Position numbers and translations under genes: made by a program. From Candidatus Iainarchaeum sp. (GTDB lineage: Archaea > Iainarchaeota > Iainarchaeia > Iainarchaeales > UBA10191), in the NCBI GenBank assembly GCA_030649735.1, contig JAUSFL010000018.1, positions 1 to 51,622 of the forward strand: a stretch of DNA of 51,622 nt, read 5' to 3'. Under the pieces are notes generated by a model, which saw nothing but the letters and a program-made list of their open reading frames with translations, was not told the DNA's origin and ran no database searches. How positions within the stretch are numbered: position 1 is the stretch's first letter; each line of letters starts with the position of its first letter. Positions 1 to 8,364 of this stretch are shown piece after piece.

Positions 1-317
1 TCCAAAAAGGAAAAGGCGTTGGGGAAGACATTCATGAGGGAAAAAGGACCTTGATGGTCATTAAGACTTTGGAGAAGGCAGACCCTAAAGACAAAATCCG
101 CCTTGCAGAAATAATGAACGACCATCCTGAAGACCAAAAGACAATTGATGAAGCAATTGCAATAATCAAGAAGTACAAGACCATAGAATACGCTCGCGAA
201 AAAGCGAACAAGATAGTGAAAGACGCGTGGGCTAAAGTCGACAAGGCCTTGCCAGAATCAAAAGCGAAAGGAATCATGAAAGACTTTGCAGACTTCATGG
301 TTGACAGGAAAATCTAA
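1..317 (+). CDS. Polyprenyl diphosphate synthase (GGPP synthase/IdsA-like), C-terminal part, 5'-truncated by the window
   Basis: Frame is open from nt 3 (QKGKGVGEDIHEGKRTLMV...). The G-x-D-I-x-E-G-K-x-T motif and the C-terminal helices ending F-x-x-x-R-x-x are typical of trans-prenyltransferases. Confidence 0.85.
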   Translation, partial: QKGKGVGEDIHEGKRTLMVIKTLEKADPKDKIRLAEIMNDHPEDQKTIDEAIAIIKKYKTIEYAREKANKIVKDAWAKVDKALPESKAKGIMKDFADFMVDRKI

Positions 318-326
318 ATGCAGCTT

Positions 327-893
327 TTAGAGCTTTAAATCCAGCTGTTCCCTGACTTCCTGCTTTGAGAAGTCAATGCTGGCTGCAGGCTCGCACACGA
401 ACTCGCAGTTGCTTTGGTGCTGGGCGTGGCATTTAGTTTCAACGCATTCAATGTTTGTCTTGAAGGCGACTGAAAAAGTTCCTGCAAGTATTCCGCGAAG
501 CAAGTGGTCGCAGGGCTTTTTTACCTTGCCTTGCAGCAATTGAGCCACTGCGGAATTGCTCACGCTCACAATTGCGCGGTTGGTCTGGAAGTCCAGTTGA
601 ATGTTTTTCAAAAAACCAAAGCCTGAAGCAGTGAAAAAAGTCTCTGAAAACTTCAAGAAACGCTCTGGCTCCATTCCAAAATCAAGCTTGAATCTTGGGG
701 AAAGCTCTTTTGTCACTGAATTTTTTACCGCGTAATAAAGGCGCTTGTTGAATTCTTCATTCTCTGCCTCGCACAAGCCTGCAATGATGTCTGTCGGAAG
801 AATGACAAATGGAACATTGATTAGGGAAAAGTTATAGTCCTTGAATTTCAGCTGGTTTACGAAAACAAACTTGTCAAAAAACTTGTTCAGCAT
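327..893 (-). CDS. V4R (4-vinyl reductase) domain protein
   Basis: SGFG..., PCDHLLRGILAGTFS, CVETKC...CEF match the V4R C/E/C/C pattern. Confidence 0.8.
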   Translation of the reverse strand: MLNKFFDKFVFVNQLKFKDYNFSLINVPFVILPTDIIAGLCEAENEEFNKRLYYAVKNSVTKELSPRFKLDFGMEPERFLKFSETFFTASGFGFLKNIQLDFQTNRAIVSVSNSAVAQLLQGKVKKPCDHLLRGILAGTFSVAFKTNIECVETKCHAQHQSNCEFVCEPAASIDFSKQEVREQLDLKL

Positions 894-989
894 TTTAGAG
901 GGCCTTCAATTACCTATAAGTGCTTGCTGATTTTTTAAGTTTTTGCAAAAAAACACTGTTTTAATAAAGATTCAGGCATTTAAGGTATT

Positions 990-1946
990 ATGCGAGAGCA
1001 AATAATCACTGCAGACCTGCACACTCACTTGCTTGAAAAAAAGACAAAGCCTGCAAAATACTGGGAATTTGCGCAAAAAGCCTGCTTGAACGCGATTGCA
1101 ATCACCGAGCATTCGGAATACAATCCAAAAAAAGCCTACTTGGATGTTCTGGCAAAAAAGCCCGAAGACTTGCTTTTGATTCCTGGCATGGAAATGTCCA
1201 CAAGCCACGGCCATATTGTGGCATTGGGGGAAAGCGAGGAAATCTACGATTTTCCAGAACTCCAGCAAAAAGGAGTGAAGCTCGAGAAAGCATACAAAAT
1301 AGCAAACGAGAATGATATTTTATTGAGCTTTGCGCATCCTTGGGGCTTTGATTATGACAGCGTGGTTTACTTGCAGGGCCTGAGCCAGTTAAGGCATTAC
1401 GCAATTCACGGCAACATGGGCGCAGAGGCATACAATGGAATGATTGGAGAGCTGGCAGAGTCTTTGGTCAAGTCAAATTGGGTGAGAAAACCAATGGGAT
1501 TTTTCGCTTACCTGGAAAAAAACAAGCTTTTGAAGACTGCCGGCATTTCAAGAATAATGGCTCCCTTGAACAAAAAGCTCAACAAGCAGGCATTGGATAT
1601 TGTGCAAAGAAACCTGAACGCAATGTCTTTTGGAGAAGAGGCAAAGTTTATCACTGCTGGAAGCGACGCGCATTCTGCAGACAGGATTGGCTGCGGAATA
1701 ATCAAAGTTAAAGTGATTGCTGAAAAAATTGACAATCGCGCATTCCTGCATGCATTAAGGGACAAAAGCAATGTGCTTTGGGCGGGGCCGCCGGCTTTTG
1801 AGATTGGCGACGGGGTCTTTGCGAAAAGAAAGCAAGGCGTGAAAAGAATGGAAGTTTTGGCCGGCCTGAAGTATGCCGCAAAGAAAGTGATCCTTAGAAG
1901 AAGGCCAAAGCGCATTGAGCAAAAAAGCACAAAAGACAAGGTTTAA
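990..1946 (+). CDS. PHP-family metal-dependent phosphoesterase
   Basis: DLHTH, AITEH, GME...GH, AHP, EAYNG and GSDAH motifs; about 70-aa insertion before GSDAH. Confidence 0.85.
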   Translation: MREQIITADLHTHLLEKKTKPAKYWEFAQKACLNAIAITEHSEYNPKKAYLDVLAKKPEDLLLIPGMEMSTSHGHIVALGESEEIYDFPELQQKGVKLEKAYKIANENDILLSFAHPWGFDYDSVVYLQGLSQLRHYAIHGNMGAEAYNGMIGELAESLVKSNWVRKPMGFFAYLEKNKLLKTAGISRIMAPLNKKLNKQALDIVQRNLNAMSFGEEAKFITAGSDAHSADRIGCGIIKVKVIAEKIDNRAFLHALRDKSNVLWAGPPAFEIGDGVFAKRKQGVKRMEVLAGLKYAAKKVILRRRPKRIEQKSTKDKV

Positions 1947-1948
1947 AA
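1942..1948 (+). promoter_or_regulatory. Probable TATA box for a leaderless padR-isc transcript
   Basis: TTTAAAA about 24 nt upstream of ATG 1972, overlapping the stop of the PHP gene. Confidence 0.5.
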
Positions 1949-1971
1949 ACACTAGCCTGTTTCTATACTAT

Positions 1972-2316
1972 ATGTCGAAATCCGACAGGTTGAATTTAAG
2001 CATATTGGAGACCCGCGTCCTGTGGGCAATCTCCAGGCAGCCATTGCACGGCTATGCCCTCTTGAAGCACTTGAATTCCGGAAGGAAACGGGAAATAACC
2101 AACGGGACATTGTACCCGATTCTTCAAAAGCTCCTGAAGGAAAAAACCATCAAAATAAAGAAGACAGGCAATAGGGAAAAGAAAGTTTACGAGATTTCAA
2201 AATCCGGAAAAGCCATCTTGAAGGACGCATGCAATGAGATTTGCGCCACTTTCCAAAGCATTTTCAACGATTTTGTATGCAAGACTTGCGGGTCAAGATT
2301 GAAGGGAAAAGGGTGA
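1972..2316 (+). CDS. PadR-family transcriptional regulator with Cys-rich C-terminus (start moved from 1915 to ATG 1972)
   Basis: LHGYALLK...GTLYPILQKL...KKVYEISKSGK PadR winged-HTH signature; C-terminal CNEIC...CKTC. Confidence 0.85.
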   Translation: MSKSDRLNLSILETRVLWAISRQPLHGYALLKHLNSGRKREITNGTLYPILQKLLKEKTIKIKKTGNREKKVYEISKSGKAILKDACNEICATFQSIFNDFVCKTCGSRLKGKG

Positions 2317-2320
2317 ATTT

Positions 2321-2536
2321 TTGGGGGACAGCAAGAAGCGCTCGGTCTGCAAAACAGTCTCTTGGAGGCTTATTGCGACAGTAATAACATCAGTGGTTTC
2401 TTTTGCCATCACTGGAAATCTGGTGATTGCAATATCCATTGGAAGCATTGACACTTTGGTGAAATTGTTTGCGTATTATTTTCATGAAAGGGGCTGGGAA
2501 AAAATTGGCTTTGGAAGGCATAAAACAAGCGAGTGA
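2321..2536 (+). CDS. DUF2061-family small membrane protein
   Basis: RSVCKTVSWRLIAT...YYFHERGW signature; TTG start after GGTGA. Confidence 0.85.
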   Translation: MGDSKKRSVCKTVSWRLIATVITSVVSFAITGNLVIAISIGSIDTLVKLFAYYFHERGWEKIGFGRHKTSE

Positions 2537-2543
2537 TCATTGA

Positions 2544-3719
2544 ATGAAGGAAATTTACTTGGATTTTGCGGCAACTACTTTCACAAGGCCTGAAGTGCTG
2601 AAGGCAATGAATCCTTTCTTCACAAGGGATTTTGGAAACCCAAGCAGTTTGCACAATGCCGGCCTTAAGGCAAAAAAGGCATTGGCTGACTCTAGGCAGA
2701 AAGTTGCGGGAATTATTGGTGCAAGGCCGGAAGAAGTCATTTTCACCGGGTCTGGAACTGAAAGCATTAACTTGGCGATCAAGGGAGTAGCGCGCGCCTT
2801 GAAAAAGCAGGGAAAAGGAAACCACATTATCACAAGCAAGATAGAGCATCACGCTGTTTTGGATTCTTGCAGATTCCTGCAGGAAAATGAAGGGTTTGAA
2901 ATCACTTATTTGAGCGTTGACAAGTACGGAACAGTTGATTTGGAAGAGCTTTCTGAAAGAATCACTTCGAAGACAATCTTGATTTCAATAATGTACGCAA
3001 ACAATGAGATTGGAACAATCCAGCCAATCCATGACATTGCAAAAATCGCGAGGGAAAGCAATGTTTTATTCCACACTGACGCGTGCCAGGCAGGGTTTGA
3101 ACTGGACGTTAATGTGCAAAACCTGGGCGTTGACTTGATGACCTTGAATGGCAGCAAAATTTACGGGCCTAAAGGCACTGGAATGCTTTTCGTGAAGAAA
3201 GGAACTCCAATACAGGCAATAATCCAAGGCGGGGGGCAAGAGCGCGGATTGCGTTCTGGAACAGAGAATGTTCCAGGAATTGTCGGGTTTGCAAAGGCTT
3301 TGGAAATTTGCCAAAAGCAAAAAAGCAAGGAAGCAAAAAGGCAGGAAAAATTAAGGGACTATTTCATCAAGAAATTGAAGAAAATTCCTGGAGTGGTCTT
3401 GAATGGCCATCCTACAGAGCGCTTGCCGAATAACGTGAATGTTTCAATAATGGGAATTGAAGGGGAAGCAATGCTGTTAAGACTTAATGAACTTGGGGTT
3501 TGCGCTTCTTCAGGCAGCGCGTGCACTTCAACAAGCCTTGACCCAAGCCACGTGATTTTGGCTACTGGCGTTTCTTTCGAGCAAGCGCATGGAAGCCTGA
3601 GGTTTAGCTTGGGACTGACTACAACAAAGAAAGACTTGGATTTCATTATGCAAAAGCTTCCAAAAATCGTGAAAGACTTGAGGCAGTTAAGCCCGGTGGA
3701 TTTTGAAAAATTAAAGTAA
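2544..3719 (+). CDS. iscS: Cysteine desulfurase IscS/NifS
   Basis: YLDFAATT, GNPSS, EHHAV, NNEIG, HTDACQ, PLP-Lys motif LNGSKIYGPKG, catalytic SSGSACTS. Confidence 0.95.
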   Translation: MKEIYLDFAATTFTRPEVLKAMNPFFTRDFGNPSSLHNAGLKAKKALADSRQKVAGIIGARPEEVIFTGSGTESINLAIKGVARALKKQGKGNHIITSKIEHHAVLDSCRFLQENEGFEITYLSVDKYGTVDLEELSERITSKTILISIMYANNEIGTIQPIHDIAKIARESNVLFHTDACQAGFELDVNVQNLGVDLMTLNGSKIYGPKGTGMLFVKKGTPIQAIIQGGGQERGLRSGTENVPGIVGFAKALEICQKQKSKEAKRQEKLRDYFIKKLKKIPGVVLNGHPTERLPNNVNVSIMGIEGEAMLLRLNELGVCASSGSACTSTSLDPSHVILATGVSFEQAHGSLRFSLGLTTTKKDLDFIMQKLPKIVKDLRQLSPVDFEKLK

Positions 3720-3736
3720 AAAAATGGTGGTTTTTA

Positions 3737-5551
3737 ATGGTTGGAAAAAAGAAAAAAACAGCAGGAGCCGACGTTGCAAGCAAGACTGGAGAGCAGGAAT
3801 GGTTTTACAGCAAAATAGTCAAAAAGCATTTTTTCAACCCGAAAAACTTTTTGAAAAGCACGCAGGAATTGCAGAAGCTAAAGCCCAATGGTTATGGAAT
3901 TGTCGGCAGTCCGGCATGTTTGGTTTCAGGCTCTAAAATTCACACCAATCCAGATTTTAAGAACATTGAAAGCTTGGAGAAAGGCACGAAAGTATTAAGT
4001 CATGATGGAAAATATAACGAAATCATTCAAACATTTGAGAGAGATTATTCTGGAGATTTAATAACAATCCAAAACCAATTCGGGACAGTAAGCTTGACTC
4101 CAGAACATTTAGTATATGCAATGAAAAAGCCAGCAGGACACAAGTTTAATTATGCTGAAGGTAAGAAGAAGCTTTATCCTGCATGGTATTGTGCAGAACA
4201 ATTGGAAAGGAAAGACATTTTCCTTTACCCAATTCCAAAAGAGGTAAAGAATATTGGATTTCTGGAAATTTCTCAAGAGAAAGCAAAATGGGATTTCAAA
4301 AGCAAACAAGTGCCTGAGAAAGTCAAAATTACTCCGGAATTGCTTGAATTATTCGGGATTTACATTGCTGAAGGACATTCTAGAAGAAGTGAAATTGGCT
4401 TTACTTTGTCAATAAAAGAAGGCGCAATTGCTGAAATGATAAACAAGAACGCTAAAAGCATTTTTGGAATAAGCGCAAAAATCAAGGAAAGAAAAGAGCA
4501 AAATAGGCTAGACATAACAGTTGGAAATGTCTTTTTATCAAAATTTTTTGCCAAATTATTTGGAAAAGGAGCAGAAAATAAGCAAGTTCCAAACGAATTA
4601 ATACTTTTAGAGCCCGAACTGCAGAAAAGCCTAATTAAAGGAGTTTGGCAAGGGGACGGCTGCATTAACTTGAAAAGAAAGCACCCAAGAGCAGGATACT
4701 CTACAATTTCATACAAGCTTGCTCACCAGTTGAAATTGCTGCTTTTAAGGCAAAAAATTGGCTGTTCAATTTATACTGAGTTGGAAAAAACAAGAAAAGG
4801 AGTAAATCACAAGAAAAGCTACAGGCTACATGTTGGGGATCTTGAAAGCGTTGGAAAATTGGCAAAAATTTTGGGAATTGATTTTGACAGAAAAAGCATA
4901 AAACGCAGAACAGCAATTTTTGCTTGGTTTGACAACAATTATTATTACGCGGCCATCAAAAAAGTCACAAAAAGCCAGTTTAATGGGAAAGTTTACAATG
5001 CTGAAATAGCAAACGCCCATTCATACATTACTGAAAATCTGACCGCGCATAATTGCGGCGACAAGATGGACTTGTGGATTAAAGTGGACCCCAAGACCGA
5101 AAGAATCAAGGAATGCAAGTGGAAGACTTTTGGCTGCGCTTCAGCAATTGCAAGCACTTCAATGCTTTCAACAATGGTGTCAGAGAAGGGCGGAATGAAA
5201 ATTGAAAAGGCATTAAAAATCACTCCGCAAGACATCATGAAGCGCTTGGGCGGCTTGCCTGCAAGGAAAGTGCATTGTTCAGTGCTGGGCGACAAGGCGC
5301 TTCGCGCTGCAATAAATGACTATTACAGGAACACAAAGCAGTTTGACAAGGTTGTGGATGATGGAAAAAAGGTCATTGACAAAGTTTTGGGCACTACAGA
5401 CAATGACATCGAACACGCTGTTTTGGAAGGCGCAAAGACTTTTGAAGAAGTCCAGCAAAAAACCAAGGTCGGAGTGCACGACAAGGAATGCATTCCGCAA
5501 GTGATGGAATTGATTCATTACTACCGCAAGAAGCATTTCAACGAGGACTGA
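3737..5551 (+). CDS. iscU: Fe-S scaffold IscU/NifU-N with an intein and a C-terminal degenerate BFD-like domain
   Basis: YS..VKKHFFNPKN...GSPA|CGD...FGCASAIAS...RKVHCSVLG after intein removal; directly follows iscS. Confidence 0.92.
   Translation: MVGKKKKTAGADVASKTGEQEWFYSKIVKKHFFNPKNFLKSTQELQKLKPNGYGIVGSPACLVSGSKIHTNPDFKNIESLEKGTKVLSHDGKYNEIIQTFERDYSGDLITIQNQFGTVSLTPEHLVYAMKKPAGHKFNYAEGKKKLYPAWYCAEQLERKDIFLYPIPKEVKNIGFLEISQEKAKWDFKSKQVPEKVKITPELLELFGIYIAEGHSRRSEIGFTLSIKEGAIAEMINKNAKSIFGISAKIKERKEQNRLDITVGNVFLSKFFAKLFGKGAENKQVPNELILLEPELQKSLIKGVWQGDGCINLKRKHPRAGYSTISYKLAHQLKLLLLRQKIGCSIYTELEKTRKGVNHKKSYRLHVGDLESVGKLAKILGIDFDRKSIKRRTAIFAWFDNNYYYAAIKKVTKSQFNGKVYNAEIANAHSYITENLTAHNCGDKMDLWIKVDPKTERIKECKWKTFGCASAIASTSMLSTMVSEKGGMKIEKALKITPQDIMKRLGGLPARKVHCSVLGDKALRAAINDYYRNTKQFDKVVDDGKKVIDKVLGTTDNDIEHAVLEGAKTFEEVQQKTKVGVHDKECIPQVMELIHYYRKKHFNED
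3917..5053 (+). mobile_element. Intein (379 aa) with LAGLIDADG homing endonuclease in IscU
   Basis: Starts CLVSGSKIHT; block B LTPEH; LAGLIDADG-like LFGIYIAEG and LIKGVWQGDG; ends VYNAEI...TAHN followed by the +1 Cys. Confidence 0.93.
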
Positions 5552-5557
5552 TGTTTC

Positions 5558-5965
5558 TTGAAATACTGCATTAGCTCAAGCAAGGAAAACATTTCAAAGC
5601 TTCCGAAAGGCATTGAGGAAGTCTTGCTTGCAAGGCCTTTAAGGCTTTCAAAGCTCAAAGAGCTGGTTTTGGAAAAAGGCGTTCGGAAAATTTACTGCAG
5701 CAAAAGCTGCATTTCCCGCACTCCGTTGAAATCCCGAAAGTTTTTGGAAGAGCAAGGCGTTATTTTCGAAATGGAAAGCTTTCGCGGAAAGCCATTAAGC
5801 ACCAGCATGGAAAAAATCCTTGAATTCAACGAACTGCGCAAGGACGGCTTAAGCTACAGGAAAATCGCCGAAAAACTCGGAATCTCCAAAAGCACAGCGC
5901 ATTACCTGAACCATTACTCGCAGAGAAAAAAATTAAAGAACAAAGGCAGGATTTTAAGCGCTTGA
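5558..5965 (+). CDS. DUF1699-like protein with C-terminal HTH
   Basis: ISSSKENI..L....EEVLLA.RP N-terminus; GLSYRKIAEKLGISKSTAHY helix-turn-helix. Confidence 0.65.
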   Translation: MKYCISSSKENISKLPKGIEEVLLARPLRLSKLKELVLEKGVRKIYCSKSCISRTPLKSRKFLEEQGVIFEMESFRGKPLSTSMEKILEFNELRKDGLSYRKIAEKLGISKSTAHYLNHYSQRKKLKNKGRILSA

Positions 5966-6036
5966 AACGCTTAACAAGGAGCCAAAAACTTTATTAATAG
6001 AAAAAATACTATTTAGTCAACAAAGCAGGTAATTCT

Positions 6037-6261
6037 ATGGATGTGTCTGAAAAATTAAGATTGATGCTCTTGGCAGAAGAGCAAACCCTCAGGAAAAAGC
6101 AGCCAAAGGCTTGGACTGCAATAAAGTACAGGAAGAACGTGAAGCTTCCCAAAGACTTGCTGAGAAAATTAAAGAAGCAAATGAAAGGCAAGCCAATAAA
6201 CCAGAATAAAATCAAGCTGAAACGGAGAAAGTTCACTAACAGGAAGAAAAAACTGGTTTAA
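6037..6261 (+). CDS. Small, very basic hypothetical protein
   Basis: 74-aa K/R-rich ORF filling the gap, with a TATA-like TTTATTAA upstream; no recognisable motif. Confidence 0.5.
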   Translation: MDVSEKLRLMLLAEEQTLRKKQPKAWTAIKYRKNVKLPKDLLRKLKKQMKGKPINQNKIKLKRRKFTNRKKKLV

Positions 6262-6278
6262 CCTGTTTTTTCCTTTTT

Positions 6279-7301
6279 TTAATCTTTTAATTCCTTGATT
6301 TTTTCCCTAAATCCTTTAGAGCCAAGGAAGTCTTCAATCAAAATCATGCTTTCCTGGAATAATTCGTCAATTTTTGCAATTCCGGAAAAGCCTGCGGCTC
6401 CTTCATGGCCGCCGCTAGTTCCTTCAAACTTTCTCTCAAGCTTTGAAAGAATGTCTTTTTCCAAGTCAATTCCAGTCTTTTTCAAAAAAGACTCTGAAGC
6501 CCTGGCGTTAAGCTTTGCGTTTCCATTATTATCAGAAAACCCGACAATTACCAGGTCAGCGCCTAAAGAAATCAGGCTGTTTGCTGCATTGCTTGCAAAA
6601 TGGCTCACTTGGCTTAAGGCAATCAAGAAATCCCCTGCCTTGAAAAGCATTACTCTCTTTGCAGACTTTAAGGAGGCAATTCTTTCAGAAACATCCTGCG
6701 GGACTTCATAAACTGCCTGAACTTCAGAGACTGTTTTTCCGCAAATTTTCAAGAGGCTTGCGAGAGTCTGTAATGTTTTAGAGTCGGCAATTGCCAAATC
6801 ATTCGAGTCAGTAATTATTCCAGCGCTCAAGAGCACTGCATTGCCTGCTGAAACTTTGATTTTCAATTCTTGCAGGATTTGGAACACAATTTGCGTTGTT
6901 GAAACAGCGTTTGGGTCAATGATTGACTTGTTTGGAAAATCCAATGAATCCTTGGTTTTAGAATGATGGTCTATTATGAAGATTGGCTTCTTGAATTTTT
7001 CAAGCTCTAAAGCCTGCAATCCAAGCATTTCTGGAGTGTTAAAGTCTAGAACAATGACTGCGGCAAAGTCAGAAATTACTGGGTTTAAAGCGTGCTTTAT
7101 TTTCATGCTTTCCGAAAGCCTTAAGGCATGCTGGTTCAAGTAGCCTGGAACTCCAATAGTGAATTGCACATCATTCAATGAATTCTTCAAAACCGCTGCA
7201 GAAGCAATGCAGTCAACGTCTGCTGCCTTGTGCACCAAAAGCAAAACATGCTTTCCGCTCAATCCCTTGAGGAATTTTTGGAAAGTTAAAGTTAAAGGCA
7301 T
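6279..7301 (-). CDS. DHH/DHHA1-family phosphoesterase
   Basis: HKAADVD, LDF, IIDHH, GIITDS and GGH motifs. Confidence 0.9.
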   Translation of the reverse strand: MPLTLTFQKFLKGLSGKHVLLLVHKAADVDCIASAAVLKNSLNDVQFTIGVPGYLNQHALRLSESMKIKHALNPVISDFAAVIVLDFNTPEMLGLQALELEKFKKPIFIIDHHSKTKDSLDFPNKSIIDPNAVSTTQIVFQILQELKIKVSAGNAVLLSAGIITDSNDLAIADSKTLQTLASLLKICGKTVSEVQAVYEVPQDVSERIASLKSAKRVMLFKAGDFLIALSQVSHFASNAANSLISLGADLVIVGFSDNNGNAKLNARASESFLKKTGIDLEKDILSKLERKFEGTSGGHEGAAGFSGIAKIDELFQESMILIEDFLGSKGFREKIKELKD

Positions 7302-7379
7302 GAGAAAACCAAGGATTTTGGAGTAATTAAAGTTTTTTGGTTGCTTCGAAAGAAAAAAGTTTGGAAAAAAGCAAGAGTT

Positions 7380-7793
7380 TTACTTCTTGCCTTTGCTTTG
7401 CTTTTCTGGAGTCATTTTTGGCTCTTCTCCAGAATTTGAGCTTGGAGCTCTTTGGCCTTGCAGTTCAGCGGCTGCTGTTTCAATTTTTGAGCGGAGCTTG
7501 TTAAGCTTTTCAATCAGGTTGTCTTCTTGCTTTTGGACTGTTTTAATGCGCAAGTCAGTGCTTTCTTTTTGTTCTGAAAGCTCTTTTTTCAAGTCTTCAA
7601 CATCGCACAAAACCAGGATGTTTCCCACTGCCTTGTAGGCTTTTTTTTCCGAAGTCTTGTTCAATTCTGCCAATGCAGCGTCGGCTGCGGCGCTTTGCAT
7701 TTGTAATTGCTGCTTTTGCGCGCCAATGTTCATTAGCTGATTGCGGTTTTTTTCAAACTCCATCAAGTTTTGCTGTAATTCCTGCTGGTCCAT
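7380..7793 (-). CDS. pfdB: Prefoldin beta subunit
   Basis: Coiled coil with AYKAVGNILV hairpin; AGGAGG SD; superoperon position. Confidence 0.92.
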   Translation of the reverse strand: MDQQELQQNLMEFEKNRNQLMNIGAQKQQLQMQSAAADAALAELNKTSEKKAYKAVGNILVLCDVEDLKKELSEQKESTDLRIKTVQKQEDNLIEKLNKLRSKIETAAAELQGQRAPSSNSGEEPKMTPEKQSKGKK

Positions 7794-7822
7794 TCTAGAA
7801 CTCCTCCTATTTTTTCATTGGT

Positions 7823-7957
7823 TCAGCGCGCCGTGACCTTTTTTGGGTTTGAAGAACGCTGCTTGTAAAACACTTTGTTCGCGCAGTTAGGGCAGCGAAT
7901 AATGCCGTCGGGCAATGAGTCAACTTCAGTTCCGCATTTTCCGCACTTGTAAGTCAT
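7823..7957 (-). CDS. rpoP: RNA polymerase subunit P/Rpo12 (not in ORF track)
   Basis: Manual translation MTYKCGKCGTEVDSLPDGIIRCPNCANKVFYKQRSSNPKKVTAR; Zn ribbon; ATGA overlap with the rpl37ae stop. Confidence 0.93.
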   Translation of the reverse strand: MTYKCGKCGTEVDSLPDGIIRCPNCANKVFYKQRSSNPKKVTAR

Positions 7958-8355
7958 TCTTCAACAGCCTCCTCTTCATGCTTGTGTTTTTTGTGCTTTT
8001 CATGCTTTTCTGCATGCTCTTCTTCTGCTTCAACGCTTGGCTTGTGCTTGGTTTTTTCAGTGGCTTCCAAAAGCTCGACCATTGAAGGCACAAAGCTCTT
8101 TTGGGTCACCATTTTCCTGATGATTCTTCCAGTCAAGGTTTCCGGAATGTAGGCTCCGCCAGTGAATTTTGCGCCGCATTTCCTGCACTCGAAAATTCCG
8201 CGCGCCTGCCTTTTCACTTTTGCAAAGCCGCATTGCGGGCAGTTGTATTTTTTCTTTTGCTTTTGCTCTATTTCCAGAACACGGCTTTTGACGCCTGTTC
8301 CGTACCTGGCGCCAAACCTTGCAACGCTTTTGAGTTTTTTTGTAGCCACTTTCAT
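7954..8355 (-). CDS. rpl37ae: 50S ribosomal protein L37ae (eL43) with C-terminal extension
   Basis: RFGARYG, CPQC...GIFECRKC...GGAY. Confidence 0.95.
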   Translation of the reverse strand: MKVATKKLKSVARFGARYGTGVKSRVLEIEQKQKKKYNCPQCGFAKVKRQARGIFECRKCGAKFTGGAYIPETLTGRIIRKMVTQKSFVPSMVELLEATEKTKHKPSVEAEEEHAEKHEKHKKHKHEEEAVEE

Positions 8356-8364
8356 TACCTCTTT

